A program made the position numbers and the translations under genes. From NCBI GenBank assembly GCA_964016885.1, contig OZ024756.1:7440001-7504000 (forward strand): a stretch of 64,000 nt of DNA. The letters run 5' to 3'. The notes beneath the pieces were generated by a model. That model had not been told where the DNA came from. It ran no database searches and was given only the letters and a program-made list of their open reading frames with translations. Source of the stretch: Eledone cirrhosa (Eukaryota). Shown one piece after another: positions 39,701-57,700 of the stretch. Numbering within the stretch: position 1 is the stretch's first letter; each line of letters begins with the position of its first letter.

Positions 39701-42700
39701 CCCAAGGCACACATCTCTAGGAACCAGGTATAATCTAGGATATTACACCCCATGGCACATAACTCTAGGAACCTGGTGTAATCTAGGATATTACACACCA
39801 TGGCACATATCTCTAGGAACCAGGTATAATCTAGGATATTACACACCATGGCACACATCTCTAGGAACCAGGTGTAATCTAGGATATTACACACCATGGC
39901 ACACATCTCTAGAAACCAGGTATAATCTAGGATATTACACACCATGGCACACATCCCTAGGAACCAGGTGTAATCTAGGATATTACACACCATGGCACAC
40001 ATCTCTAGGAACCAGGTGTAATATAGGATATTACACCCCATGGCACATATCTCAAGGAACCTGGTGTAATCTAGGATATTACACACCAAGGCACATATCT
40101 CTAGGAACCTGGTGTAATCTAGGATATTACACCCCATGTCACACATCTCTAGGAACCTGGTGTAATCTAGGATATTACACTCCAAGGCACATAACGCTAG
40201 GAACCTGGTGTAATCTAGGATATTACACCCCATGGCACATATCTCTAGGAACCTGGTATAATATAGGATATTACACCCTATGGCACACATCTCTAGGAAC
40301 CAGGTGTAATCTAGGATATTACACCCCATGGCACATAACTCTAGGAACCTGGTGTAATCTAGGATATTACACCCCATGGCACACATCTCTAGGAACCAGG
40401 TATAATCTAGGATATTACACCCCATGGCACATAACTCTAGGAACCTGGTGTAATCTAGGATATTACACACCATGGCACATATCTCTAGGAACCAGGTACA
40501 ATCTAGGATATTACACACCATGGCACACATCTCTAGGAACCAGGTGTAATCTAGGATATTACACACCATGGCACACATCTCTAGGAACCAGGTATAATCT
40601 AGGATATTACACACCATGGCACACATCTCTAGGAACCAGGTGTAATCTAGGATATTACACACCATGGCACACATCTCTAGGAACCTGGTGTAATCTAGGA
40701 TATTACACCCCATGGCACACATCTCTAGGAACCAGGTGTAATCTAGGATATTACACCCCATGGCACATAACTCTAGGAACCTGGTGTAATCTAGGATGTT
40801 ACACACCATGGCACATATCTCAAGGAAGCTGGTGTAATCTAGGATATTACACCCCATGGCACATATCTCTAGAAACCTGGTATAATCTAGGATATTACAC
40901 CATATGGCACACATCTCTAGGAACCAGGTGTAATCTAGGATATTACACCCCATGGCACATAACTCTAGGAACCTGGTGTAATCTAGGATATTACACCCCA
41001 AGGCACACATCTCTAGGAACCAGGTATAATCTAGGATATTACACCCCATGGCACATAACTCTAGGAACCTGGTGTAATCTAGGATATTACACACCATGGC
41101 ACATATCTCTAGGAACCAGGTATAATCTAGGATATTACACACCATGGCACACATCTCTAGGAACCAGGTGTAATCTAGGATATTACACACCATGGCACAC
41201 ATCTCTAGAAACCAGGTATAATCTAGGATATTACACACCATGGCACACATCCCTAGGAACCAGGTGTAATCTAGGATATTACACACCATGGCACACATCT
41301 CTAGGAACCAGGTGTAATATAGGATATTACACCCCATGGCACATATCTCAAGGAACCTGGTGTAATCTAGGATATTACACACCAAGGCACATCTCTCTAG
41401 GAACCAGGTATAATCTAGGATATTACACCCTATGGCACACATCTCTAGGAACCAGGTGTAATCTAGGATATTACACCCCATGGCACATAACTCTAGGAAC
41501 CTGGTGTAATCTAGGATATTACACCCCATGGCACACATCTCTAGGAACCAGGTATAATCTAGGATATTACACCCCATATCACATAACTCTAGGAACCTGG
41601 TGTAATCTAGGATATTACACACCAAGGCACACATCTCTAGGAACCTGGTGTAATCTAGGATATTACTCCCCAAGGCACATATCTCTAGGAACCAGGTATA
41701 ATCTAGGATATTACACCCCATGGCACACATCTCTAGGAACCTGGTGTAATCTAGGATATTACACACCATGGCACACATCTCTAGGAACCTGGTGTAATCT
41801 AAGATATTACACACCATGGCACATAACTCTAGGAACCTGGTGTAATCTAGAATATTACACCCCATGGCACATATCTCTAGGAACCTGGTGTAATCTAGGA
41901 TATTACACCCCAAGGCACATAACTCTAGGAACCTGGTGTAATCTAGGATATTACACCCCAAGGCACATATCTCTAGGAACCAGGTATAATCTAGGATATT
42001 ACACACCATGGCACACATCTCTAGGAACCTGGTGTAATCTAGGATATTACACCCCAAGGCACATATCTCTAGGAACCTGGTGTAATCTAGGATATTACAC
42101 CCCATGGCACATATCTCTAGGGACCTGGTGTAATCTAGGATATTACACCCCATGGCACACATCTCTAGGAACCTGGTGTAATCTAGGATATTACACCCCA
42201 AGGCACATAACTCTAGGAACCTGGTGTAATCTAGGATATTACACACCAAGGCACATATCTCTAGAAACCTGGTGTAATCTAGGATATTACACCCCATGGC
42301 ACACATCTCTAGGAACCTGGTGTAATCTAGGATATTACACTCCAAGGCACATAACTCTAGGAACCTGGTGTAATCTAGGATATTACACCCCATGGCACAT
42401 ATCTCTAGGAACCAGGTATAATCTAGGATATTACACCCCATGGCACATAACTCTAGGAACCTGGTGTAATCTAGGATATTACACACCATGGCACATATCT
42501 CTAGGAACCAGGTATAATCTAGGATATTACACACCATGGCACACATCTCTAGGAACCAGGTGTAATCTAGGATATTACACACCATGGCACACATCTCTAG
42601 GAACCAGGTATAATCTAGGATATTACACACCATGGCACACATCCCTAGGAACCAGGTGTAATCTAGGATATTACACACCATGGCACACATCTCTAGGAAC

Positions 42701-45700
42701 CTGGTGTAATCTAGGATATTACACCCCAAGGCACACATCTCTAGGAACCAGGTGTAATATAGGATATTACACCCCATGGCACATATCTCAAGGAACCTGG
42801 TGTAATCTAGGATATTACACACCAAGGCACATCTCTCTAGGAACCAGGTATAATCTAGGATATTACACCCTATGGCACACATCTCTAGGAACCAGGTGTA
42901 ATCTAGGATATTACACCCCATGGCACATAACTCTAGGAACCTGGTGTAATCTAGGATATTACACCCCATGGCACACATCTCTAGGAACCAGGTATAATCT
43001 AGGATATTACACCCTATATCACATAACTCTAGGAACCTGGTGTAATTTAGGATATTACACACCAAGGCACACATCTCTAGGAACCTGGTGTAATCTAGGA
43101 TATTACACCCCAAGGCACATATCTCTAGGAACCAGGTATAATCTAGGATATTACACACCAGGGCACACATCTCTAGGAACCTGGTGTAATCTAGGATATT
43201 ACACCCCAAGGCACATATCTCTAGGAACCTGGTGTAATCTAGGATATTACACCCCATGGCACATATCTCTAGGGACCTGGTGTAATCTAGGATATTACAC
43301 CCCATGGCACACATCTCTAGGAACCTGGTGTAATCTAGGATATTACACCCCAAGGCACATAACTCTAGGAACCTGGTGTAATCTAGGATATTACACACCA
43401 AGGCACATATCTCTAGGAACCTGGTGTAATCTAGGATATTACACCCCATGGCACACATCTCTAGGAACCTGGTGTAATCTAGGATGTTACACACCATGGC
43501 ACATATCTCAAGGAAGCTGGTGTAATCTAGGATATTACACCGCATGGCACATATCTCTAGAAACCTGCTATAATCTAGGATATTACACCATATGGCACAC
43601 ATCTCTAGGAACCAGGTGTAATCTAGGATATTACACCCCATGGCACATAACTCTAGGAACCTGGTGTAATCTAGGATATTACACCCCATGGCACACATCT
43701 CTAGGAACCAGGTATAATCTAGGATATTACACCCCATGGCACATAACTCTAGGAACCTGGTGTAATCTAGGATATTACACACCATGGCACATATCTCTAG
43801 GAACCAGGTATAATCTAGGATATTACACACCATGGCACACATCTCTAGGAACCAGGTGTAATCTAGGATATTACACACCATGGCAAAAATCTCTAGAAAC
43901 CAGGTATAATCTAGGATATTACACACCATGGCACACATCTCTAGGAACCTGGTGTAATCTAGGATATTACACCCCAAGGCACACATCTCTAGGAACCAGG
44001 TGTAATCTAGGATATTACACCCCATGGCACATAACTCTAGGAACCTGGTGTAATCTAGGATATTACACACCATGGCACATATCTCAAGGAACCTGGTGTA
44101 ATCTAGGATATTACACCTCATGGCACACATCTCTAGGAACCAGGTGTAATATAGGATATTACACCATATGGCACACATCTCTAGGAACCAGGTGTAATCT
44201 AGGATATTACACCCCATGGCACATAACTCTAGGAACCTGGTGTAATCTAGGATATTACACCCCAAGGCACACATCTCTAGGAACCAGGTATAATCTAGGA
44301 TATTACACCCCATGGCACATAACTCTAGGAACCTGGTGTAATCTAGGATATTACACACCATGGCACATATCTCTAGGAACCAGGTATAATCTAGGATATT
44401 ACACACCATGGCACACATCTCTAGGAACCAGGTGTAATCTAGGATATTACACACCATGGCACACATCTCTAGGAACCAGGTATAATCTAGGATATTACAC
44501 ACCATGGCACACATCCCTAGGAACCAGGTGTAATCTAGGATATTACACACCATGGCACACATCTCTAGGAACCTGGTGTAATCTAGGATATTACACCCCA
44601 AGGCACACATCTCTAGGAACCAGGTGTAATATAGGATATTACACCCCATGGCACATATCTCAAGGAACCTGGTGTAATCTAGGATATTACACACCATGGC
44701 ACATATCTCTAGGAACCAGGTATAATCTAGGATATTACACACCATGGCACACATCTCTAGGAACCAGGTGTAATCTAGGATATTACACCCCATGGCACAT
44801 AACTCTAGGAACCTGGTGTAATCTAGGATATTACACCCCATGGCACACATCTCTAGGAACCAGGTATAATCTAGGATATTACACCACATATCACATAACT
44901 CTAGGAACCTGGTGTAATCTAGGATATTACACACCAAGGCACACATCTCTAGGAACCTGGTGTAATCTAGGATATTACTCCCCAAGGCACATATCTCTAG
45001 GAACCAGGTAAAATCTAGGATATTACACCCCATGGCACACATCTCTAGGAACCTGGTGTAATCTAGGATATTACACACCATGGCACACATCTCTAGGAAC
45101 CTGGTGTAATCTAAGATATTACACACCATGGCACATAACTCTAGGAACCTGGTGTAATCTAGAATATTACACCCCATGGCACATATCTCTAGGAACCTGG
45201 TGTAATCTAGGATATTACACCCCAAGGCACATAACTCTAGGAACCTGGTGTAATCTAGGATATTACACCCCAAGGCACATATCTCTAGGAACCAGGTATA
45301 ATCTAGGATATTACACACCATGGCACACATCTCTAGGAACCTGGTGTAATCTAGGATATTACACCCCAAGGCACATATCTCTAGGAACCTGGTGTAATCT
45401 AGGATATTACGCCCCATGGCACATATCTCTAGGGACCTGGTGTAATCTAGGATATTACACCCCATGGCACACATCTCTAGGAACCTGGTGTAATCTAGGA
45501 TATTACACCCCAAGGCACATAACTCTAGGAACCTGGTGTAATCTAGGATATTACACACCAAGGCACATATCTCTAGAAACCTGGTGTAATCTAGGATATT
45601 ACACCCCATGGCACACATCTCTAGGAACCTGGTGTAATCTAGGATATTACACTCCAAGGCACATAACTCTAGGAACCTGGTGTAATCTAGGATATTACAC

Positions 45701-48700
45701 CCCATGGCACATATCTCTAGGAAACAGGTATAATCTAGGATATTACACCCCATGGCACATAACTCTAGGAACCTGGTGTAATCTAGGATATTACACACCA
45801 TGGCACATATCTCTAGGAACCAGGTATAATCTAGGATATTACACACCATGGCACACATCTCTAGGAACCAGGTGTAATCTAGGATATTACACACCATGGC
45901 ACACATCTCTAGGAACCAGGTATAATCTAGGATATTACACACCATGGCACACATCCCTAGGAACCAGGTGTAATCTAGGATATTACACACCATGGCACAC
46001 ATCTCTAGGAACCTGGTGTAATCTAGGATATTACACCCCAAGGCACACATCTCTAGGAACCAGGTGTATTATAGGATATTACACCCCATGGCACATATCT
46101 CAAGGAACCTGGTGTAATCTAGGATATTACACGCCAAGGCACATCTCTCTAGGAACCAGGTATAATCTAGGATATTACACCCTATGGCACACATCTCTAG
46201 GAACCAGGTGTAATCTAGGATATTACACCCCATGGCACATAACTCTAGGAACCTGGTGTAATCTAGGATATTACACCCCATGGCACACATCTCTAGGAAC
46301 CAGGTATAATCTAGGATATTACACCCCATATCACATAACTCTAGGAACCTGGTGTAATTTAGGATATTACACACCAAGGCACACATCTCTAGGAACCTGG
46401 TGTAATCTAGGATATTACACCCCAAGGCACATATCTCTAGGAACCAGGTATAATCTAGGATATTACACACCAGGGCACACATCTCTAGGAACCTGGTGTA
46501 ATCTAGGATATTACACCCCAAGGCACATATCTCTAGGAACCTGGTGTAATCTAGGATATTACACCCCATGGCACATATCTCTAGGGACCTGGTGTAATCT
46601 AGGATATTACACCCCATGGCACACATCTCTAGGAACCTGGTGTAATCTAGGATATTACACCCCAAGGCACATAACTCTAGGAACCTGGAGTAATCTAGGA
46701 TATTACACACCAAGGCACATATCTCTAGGAACCTGGTGTAATCTAGGATATTACACCCCATGGCACACATCTCTAGGAACCTGGTGTAATCTAGGATATT
46801 ACACTCCAAGGCACATAACTCTAGGAACCTGGTGTAATCTAGGATATTACACCCCATGGCACATATCTCTAGGAACCTGGTATAATATAGGATATTACAC
46901 CCTATGGCACACATCTCTAGGAACCAGGTGTAATCTAGGATATTACACCCCATGGCATATAACTCTAGGAACCTGGTGTAATCTAGGATATTACACCCCA
47001 TGGCACACATCTCTAGGAACCAGGTATAATCTAGGATATTACACCCCATGGCACATAACTCTAGGAACCTGGTGTAATCTAGGATATTACACACCATGGC
47101 ACATATATCTAGGAACCAGGTATAATCTAGGATATTACACACCATGGCACACATCTCTAGGAACCAGGTGTAATCTAGGATATTACACACCATGGCACAC
47201 ATCTCTAGGAACCAGGTATAATCTAGGATATTACACACCATGGCACACATCTCTAGGAACCAGGTGTAATCTAGGATATTACACACCATGGCACACATCT
47301 CTAGGAACCTGGTTTAATCTAGGATATTACACCCCAAGGCACACATCTCTAGGAACCAGGTGTAATCTAGGATATTACACCCCATGGCACATAACTCTAG
47401 GAACCTGGTGTAATCTAGGATGTTACACACCATGGCACATATCTCAAGGAAGCTGGTGTAATCTAGGATATTACACCGCATGGCACATATCTCTAGAAAC
47501 CTGCTATAATCTAGGATATTACACCATATGGCACACATCTCTAGGAACCAGGTGTAATCTAGGATATTACACCCCATGGCACATAACTCTAGGAACCTGG
47601 TGTAATCTAGGATATTACACCCCATGGCACACATCTCTAGGAACCAGGTATAATCTAGGATATTACACCCCATGGCACATAACTCTAGGAACCTGGTGTA
47701 ATCTAGGATATTACACACCATGGCACATATCTCTAGGAACCAGGTATAATCTAGGATATTACACACCATGGCACACATCTCTAGGAACCAGGTGTAATCT
47801 AGGATATTACACACCATGGCACACATCTCTAGGAACCAGTTATAATCTAGGATATTACACACCATGGCACACATCTCTAGGAACCAGGTGTAATCTAGGA
47901 TATTACACCCCAAGGCACACATCTCTAGGAACCAGGTGTAATCTAGGATATTACACCCCATGGCACATAACTCTAGGAACCTGGTGTAATCTAGGATATT
48001 ACACACCATGGCACATATCTCAAGGAACCTGGTGTAATCTAGGATATTACACCTCATGGCACACATCTCTAGGAACCAGGTGTAATATAGGATATTACAC
48101 CCCATGGCACATATCTCAAGGAACCTGGTGTAATCTAGGATATTACACACCAAGGCACATCTCTCTAGGAACCAGGTATAATCTAGGATATTACACCCCA
48201 TGGCACATATCTCTAGGAACCTGGTGTAATCTAGTATATTACACACCATGGCACATATCTCTAGGAACCTGGTGTAATCTAGGATATTACACACCATGGC
48301 ACATATCTCTAGGAACCTGGTATAATCTAGGATATTACACACCATGGCACATATCTCTAGGAACCTGGTATAATCTAGGATATTACACACCATGGCACAT
48401 AACTCTAGGAACCTGGTATAATCTAGGATATTACACCCAAAGGAACATATCTCTAGGAACCTGGTATAATCTAGGATATTACACCCTATGGCACACATCT
48501 CTAGGAACCTGGTGTAATCTAGGATATTACACCCCATGGCACATATCTCTAGGAACCTGGTGTAATCTAGGATATTACACACCATGGCACACATCTCTAG
48601 GAACCTGGTATAATCTAGGATATTACACACCATGGCACATATCTCTATGAACCTGGTATAATCTAGGATATTACACACCATGGCACACATCTCTAGGAAC

Positions 48701-51700
48701 CTGGTATAATCTAGGATATTACACCCCATGGCACACATCTCTAGGAACCTGGTGTAATCTAGGATATTACACCCCAAGGCATATAACTCTAGGAACCTGG
48801 TGTAATCTAGGATATTACACCCCAAGGCACATAACTCTAGGAACCTGGTGTAATCTAAGATATTACACCCCATGGCACATATCTCTAGGAACCTGGTGTA
48901 ATCTAGGATATTACACCCCAAGGCACATAACTCTAGGAACCTGGTGTAATCTAGGATATTACACCCCATGGCACATATCTCTAGTAACCTGGTGTAATCT
49001 AAGATATTGCACCCTATGGCACATATATCTAGGAACCTGGTATAATGTAGGATATTACACCCCATGGCACATATCTCTAGGAACCTGGTATAATCTATGA
49101 TATTACACCCCATGGCACATATCTCTAGGGACCTGGTATAATCTATGATATTACACCCCATGGCACATATCTCTTGGGACCTGGTATAATCTAGGATATT
49201 ACACCCCATGGCATATATCTCTAGGGACCTGGTGTAATCTAGGATATTACACCCCAAGGCACATAACTCTAGGAACCTGGTGTAATCTAGGATATTACAC
49301 CCTATGGCACATATCTCTAGGAACCTGGTGTAATCTAGGATATTACACCCCAAGGCACATAACTCTAGGAACCTGTTGTAATCTAGGATATTACACACCA
49401 TGGCATATATCTCTAAGAACCAGGTATAATCTAGGATATTACACACCATGGCACACATCTCTAGGAACCTGTTGTAATCTAGGATATTACACCCCATGGC
49501 CCACATCTCTAGGAACCTGGTGTAATCTAGGATATTACACCCCAAGGCACATAACTCTAGGAACCTGGTGTAATCTAGGATATTACACACCATGGCATAT
49601 ATCTCTAGGAACCAGGTATAATCTAGGATATTACACACCAAGGCACACATCTCTAGGAACCTGGTGTAATCTAGGATATTACACACCATGGCACACATCT
49701 CTAGGAACCTGGTGTAATCTAGGATATTACACCCCAAGGCACATATCGCTAGGTACCTGGTATAATCTAGGATATTACACACCAAGGCACATATCTCTAG
49801 GAACCTGGTGTAATCTTGGATATTACACACCATGGCACATATCTCAAGGAACCTGGTGTAATCTAGGATATTACACCCCATGGCACACATCTCTAGGAAC
49901 CTGGTGTAATCTAGGATATTACACACCATGGCACACATCTCTAGGAACCAGGTGTAATCTAGGATATTACACACCATGGCACACATCTCTAGGAACCAGG
50001 TATAATCTAGGATATTACACACCATGGCACACATCTCTAGGAACCAGGTGTAATCTAGGATATTACACACCATGGCACACATCTCTAGGAACCTGGTGTA
50101 ATCTAGGATATTACACCCCATGGCACACATCTCTAGGAACCAGGTGTAATCTAGGATATTACACCCCATGGCACATAACTCTAGGAACCTGGTGTAATCT
50201 AGGATGTTACACACCATGGCACATATCTCAAGGAAGCTGGTGTAATCTAGGATATTACACCCCATGGCACATATCTCTAGAAACCTGGTATAATCTAGGA
50301 TATTACACCATATGGCACACATCTCTAGGAACCAGGTGTAATCTAGGATATTACACCCCATGGCACATAACTCTAGGAACCTGGTGTAATCTAGGATATT
50401 ACACCCCAAGGCACACATCTCTAGGAACCAGGTATAATCTAGGATATTACACCCATGGCACATAACTCTAGGAACCTGGTGTAATCTAGGATATTACACA
50501 CCATGGCACATATCTCTAGGAACCAGGTATAATCTAGGATATTACACACCATGGCACACATCTCTAGGAACCAGGTGTAATCTAGGATATTACACACCAT
50601 GGCACACATCTCTAGGAACCAGGTATAATCTAGGATATTACACACCATGGCACACATCCCTAGGAACCAGGTGTAATCTAGGATATTACACACCATGGCA
50701 CACATCTCTAGGAACCTGGTGTAATCTAGGATATTACACCCCAAGGCACACATCTCTAGGAACCAGGTGTAATATAGGATATTACACCCCATGGCACATA
50801 TCTCAAGGAACCTGGTGTAATCTAGGATATTACACACCAAGGCACATCTCTCTAGGAACCAGGTATAATCTAGGATATTACACCCTATGGCACACATCTC
50901 TAGGAACCAGGTGTAATCTAGGATATTACACCCCATGGCACATTACTCTAGGAACCTGGTGTAATCTAGGATATTACACCCCATGGCACACATCTCTAGG
51001 AACCAGGTATAATCTAGGATATTACACCCCATATCACATAACTCTAGGAACCTGGTGTAATCTAGGATATTACACACCAAGGCACACATCTCTAGGAACC
51101 TGGTGTAATCTAGGATATTACACCCCAAGGCACATATCTCTAGGAACCAGGTATAATCTAGGATATTACACCCCATGGCACACATCTCTAGGAACCTGGT
51201 GTAATCTAGGATATTACACACCATGGCACACATCTCTAGGAACCTGGTGTAATCTAGGATATTACACCCCAAGGCACATAACTCTAGGAACCTGGTGTAA
51301 TCTAGGATATTACACCCCATGGCACATATCTCTAGTAACCTGGTGTAATCTAAGATATTGCACCCTATGGCACATATATCTAGGAACCTGGTATAATGTA
51401 GGATATTACACCCCATGGCACATATCTCTAGGAACCTGGTATAATCTATGATATTACACCCCATGGCACATATCTCTGGGAACCTGGTATAATCTATGAT
51501 ATTACACCCCATGGCACATATCTCTTGGGACCTGGTATAATCTAGGATATTACACCCCATGGCACATATCTCTAGGGACCTGGTGTAATCTAGGATATTA
51601 CACCCCAAGGCACATAACTCTAGGAACCTGGTGTAATCTAGGATATTACACCCTATGGCACATATCTCTAGGAACCTGGTGTAATCTAGGATATTACACC

Positions 51701-54700
51701 CCAAGGCACATAACTCTAGGAACCTGTTGTAATCTAGGATATTACACACCATGGCATATATCTCTAAGAACCAGGTATAATCTAGGATATTACACACCAT
51801 GGCACACATCTCTAGGAACCTGTTGTAATCTAGGATATTACACCCCATGGCCCACATCTCTAGGAACCTGGTGTAATCTAGGATATTACACCCCAAGGCA
51901 CATAACTCTAGGAACCTGGTGTAATCTAGGATATTACACACCATGGCATATATCTCTAGGAACCAGGTATAATCTAGGATATTACACACCAAGGCACACA
52001 TCTCTAGGAACCTGGTGTAATCTAGGATATTACACACCATGGCACACATCTCTAGGAACCTGGTGTAATCTAGGATATTACACCCCAAGGCACATATCGC
52101 TAGGTACCTGGTATAATCTAGGATATTACACACCAAGGCACATATCTCTAGGAACCTGGTGTAATCTTGGATATTACACACCATGGCACATATCTCAAGG
52201 AACCTGGTGTAATCTAGGATATTACACCCCATGGCACACATCTCTAGGAACCTGGTGTAATCTAGGATATTACACACCATGGCACACATCTCTAGGAACC
52301 AGGTGTAATCTAGGATATTACACACCATGGCACACATCTCTAGGAACCAGGTATAATCTAGGATATTACACACCATGGCACACATCTCTAGGAACCAGGT
52401 GTAATCTAGGATATTACACACCATGGCACACATCTCTAGGAACCTGGTGTAATCTAGGATATTACACCCCATGGCACACATCTCTAGGAACCAGGTGTAA
52501 TCTAGGATATTACACCCCATGGCACATAACTCTAGGAACCTGGTGTAATCTAGGATGTTACACACCATGGCACATATCTCAAGGAAGCTGGTGTAATCTA
52601 GGATATTACACCCCATGGCACATATCTCTAGAAACCTGGTATAATCTAGGATATTACACCATATGGCACACATCTCTAGGAACCAGGTGTAATCTAGGAT
52701 ATTACACCCCATGGCACATAACTCTAGGAACCTGGTGTAATCTAGGATATTACACCCCAAGGCACACATCTCTAGGAACCAGGTATAATCTAGGATATTA
52801 CACCCATGGCACATAACTCTAGGAACCTGGTGTAATCTAGGATATTACACACCATGGCACATATCTCTAGGAACCAGGTATAATCTAGGATATTACACAC
52901 CATGGCACACATCTCTAGGAACCAGGTGTAATCTAGGATATTACACACCATGGCACACATCTCTAGGAACCAGGTATAATCTAGGATATTACACACCATG
53001 GCACACATCCCTAGGAACCAGGTGTAATCTAGGATATTACACACCATGGCACACATCTCTAGGAACCTGGTGTAATCTAGGATATTACACCCCAAGGCAC
53101 ACATCTCTAGGAACCAGGTGTAATATAGGATATTACACCCCATGGCACATATCTCAAGGAACCTGGTGTAATCTAGGATATTACACACCAAGGCACATCT
53201 CTCTAGGAACCAGGTATAATCTAGGATATTACACCCTATGGCACACATCTCTAGGAACCAGGTGTAATCTAGGATATTACACCCCATGGCACATTACTCT
53301 AGGAACCTGGTGTAATCTAGGATATTACACCCCATGGCACACATCTCTAGGAACCAGGTATAATCTAGGATATTACACCCCATATCACATAACTCTAGGA
53401 ACCTGGTGTAATCTAGGATATTACACACCAAGGCACACATCTCTAGGAACCTGGTGTAATCTAGGATATTACACCCCAAGGCACATATCTCTAGGAACCA
53501 GGTATAATCTAGGATATTACACCCCATGGCACACATCTCTAGGAACCTGGTGTAATCTAGGATATTACACACCATGGCACACATCTCTAGGAACCTGGTG
53601 TAATCTAAGATATTACACACCATGGCACATAACTCTAGGAACCTGGTGTAATCTAGAATATTACACCCCATGGCACATATCTCTAGGAACCTGGTGTAAT
53701 CTAGGATATTACACCCCAAGGCACATAACTCTAGGAACCTGGTGTAATCTAGGATATTACACCCCAAGGCACATATCTCTAGGAACCAGGTATAATCTAG
53801 GATATTACACACCATGGCACACATCTCTAGGAACCTGGTGTAATCTAGGATATTACACCCCAAGGCACATATCTCTAGGAACCTGGTGTAATCTAGGATA
53901 TTACACCCCATGGCACATATCTCTAGGGACCTGGTGTAATCTAGGATATTACACCCCATGGCACACATCTCTAGGAACCTGGTGTAATCTAGGATATTAC
54001 ACCCCAAGGCACATAACTCTAGGAACCTGGTGTAATCTAGGATATTACACACCAAGGCACATATCTCTAGGAACCTGGTGTAATCTAGGATATTACACCC
54101 CATGGCACACATCTCTAGGAACCTGGTGTAATCTAGGATATTACACTCCAAGGCACATAACTCTAGGAACCTGGTGTAATCTAGGATATTACACCCCATG
54201 GCACATATCTCTAGGAACCAGGTATAATCTAGGATATTACACCCCATGGCACATAACTCTAGGAACCTGGTGTAATCTAGGATATTACACACCATGGCAC
54301 ATATCTCTAGGAACCAGGTATAATCTAGGATATTACACACCATGGCACACATCTCTAGGAACCAGGTGTAATCTAGGATATTACACACCATGGCACACAT
54401 CTCTAGGAACCAGGTATAATCTAGGATATTACACACCATGGCACACATCCCTAGGAACCAGGTGTAATCTAAGATATTACACACCATGGCACACATCTCT
54501 AGGAACCTGGTGTAATCTAGGATATTACACCCCAAGGCACACATCTCTAGGAACCAGGTGTAATATAGGATATTACACCCCATGGCACATATCTCAAGGA
54601 ACCTGGTGTAATCTAGGATATTACACACCAAGGCACATCTCTCTAGTAACCAGGTATAATCTAGGATATTACACCCTATGGCACACATCTCTAGGAACCA

Positions 54701-57700
54701 GGTGTAATCTAGGATATTACACCCCATGGCACATAACTCTAGGAACCTGGTGTAATCTAGGATATTACACCCCATGGCACACATCTCTAGGAACCAGGTA
54801 TAATCTAGGATATTACACCCCATATCACATAACTCTAGGAACCTGGTGTAATCTAGGATATTACACACCAAGGCACACATCTCTAGGAACCTGGTGTAAT
54901 CTAGGATATTACACCCCAAGGCACATATCTCTAGGAACCAGGTATAATCTAGGATATTACACCCCATGGCACACATCTCTAGGAACCTGGTGTAATCTAG
55001 GATATTACACACCATGGCACACATCTCTAGGAACCTGGTGTAATCTAAGATATTACACACCTTGGCACATAACTCTAGGAACCTGGTGTAATCTAGAATA
55101 TTACACCCCATGGCACATATCTCTAGGAACCTGGTGTAATCTAGGATATTACACCCCAAGGCACATAACTCTAGGAACCTGGTGTAATCTAGGATATTAC
55201 ACCCCAAGGCACATATCTCTAGGAACCAGGTATAATCTAGGATATTACACCCCATGGCACACATCTCTAGGAACCTGGTGTAATCTAGGATATTACACAC
55301 CATGGCACACATCTCTAGGAACCTGGTGTAATCTAAGATATTACACACCATGGCACATAACTCTGGGAACCTGGTGTAATCTAGAATATTACACCCCATG
55401 GCACATATCTCTAGGAACCTGGTGTAATCTAGGATATTACACCCCAAGGCACATAACTCTAGGAACCTGGTGTAATCTAGGATATTACACCCCAAGGCAC
55501 ATATCTCTAGGAACCAGGTATAATCTAGGATATTACACACCATGGCACACATCTCTAGGAACCTGGTGTAATCTAGGATATTACACCCCAAGGCACATAT
55601 CTCTAGGAACCTGGTGTAATCTAGGATATTACACCCCATGGCACATATCTCTAGGGACCTGGTGTAATCTAGGATATTACACCCCATGGCACACATCTCT
55701 AGGAACCTGGTGTAATCTAGGATATTACACCCCAAGGCACATAACTCTAGGAACCTGGTGTAATCTAGGATATTACACACCAAGGCACATATCTCTAGGA
55801 ACCTGGTGTAATCTAGGATATTACACCCCATGGCACACATCTCTAGGAACCTGGTGTAATCTAGGATATTACACTCCAAGGCACATAACTCTAGGAACCT
55901 GGTGTAATCTAGGATATTACACCCCATGGCACATATCTCTAGGAACCAGGTATAATCTAGGATATTACACCCCATGGCACATAACTCTAGGAACCTGGTG
56001 TAATCTAGGATATTACACACCATGGCACATATCTCTAGGAACCAGGTATAATCTAGGATATTACACACCATGGCACACATCTCTAGGAACCAGGTGTAAT
56101 CTAGGATATTACACACCATGGCACACATCTCTAGGAACCAGGTATAATCTAGGATATTACACACCATGGCACACATCCCTAGGAACCAGGTGTAATCTAG
56201 GATATTACACACCATGGCACACATCTCTAGGAACCTGGTGTAATCTAGGATATTACACCCCAAGGCACACATCTCTAGGAACCAGGTGTAATATAGGATA
56301 TTACACCCCATGGCACATATCTCAAGGAACCTGGTGTAATCTAGGATATTACACACCAAGGCACATCTCTCTAGGAACCAGGTATAATCTAGGATATTAC
56401 ACCCTATGGCACACATCTCTAGGAACCAGGTGTAATCTAGGATATTACACCCCATGGCACATAACTCTAGGAACCTGGTGTAATCTAGGATATTACACCC
56501 CATGGCACACATCTCTAGGAACCAGGTATAATCTAGGATATTACACCCCATATCACATAACTCTAGGAACCTGGTGTAATCTAGGATATTACACACCAAG
56601 GCACACATCTCTAGGAACCTGGTGTAATCTAGGATATTACACCCCAAGGCACATATCTCTAGGAACCAGGTATAATCTAGGATATTACACCCCATGGCAC
56701 ACATCTCTAGGAACCTGGTGTAATCTAGGATATTACACACCATGGCACACATCTCTAGGAACCTGGTGTAATCTAAGATATTACACACCTTGGCACATAA
56801 CTCTAGGAACCTGGTGTAATCTAGAATATTACACCCCATGGCACATATCTCTAGGAACCTGGTATAATATAGGATATTACACCCTATGGCACACATCTCT
56901 AGGAACCAGGTGTAATCTAGGATATTACACCCCATGGCACATAACTCTAGGAACCTGGTGTAATCTAGGATATTACACCCCATGGCACACATCTCTAGGA
57001 ACCAGGTATAATCTAGGATATTACACCCCATGGCACATAACTCTAGGAACCTGGTGTAATCTAGGATATTACACACCATGGCACATATCTCTAGGAACCA
57101 GGTATAATCTAGGATATTACACACCATGGCACACATCTCTAGGAACCAGGTGTAATCTAGGATATTACACACCATGGCACACATCTCTAGGAACCAGGTA
57201 TAATCTAGGATATTACACACCATGGCACACATCTCTAGGAACCAGGTGTAATCTAGGATATTACACACCATGGCACACATCTCTAGGAACCTGGTTTAAT
57301 CTAGGATATTACACCCCAAGGCACACATCTCTAGGAACCAGGTGTAATCTAGGATATTACACCCCATGGCACATAACTCTAGGAACCTGGTGTAATCTAG
57401 GATGTTACACACCATGGCACATATCTCAAGGAAGCTGGTGTAATCTAGGATATTACACCGCATGGCACATATCTCTAGAAACCTGGTATAATCTAGGATA
57501 TTACACCATATGGCACACATCTCTAGGAACCAGGTGTAATCTAGGATATTACACCCCATGGCACATAACTCTAGGAACCTGGTGTAATCTAGGATATTAC
57601 ACCCCATGGCACACATCTCTAGGAACCAGGTATAATCTAGGATATTACACCCCATGGCACATAACTCTAGGAACCTGGTGTAATCTAGGATATTACACAC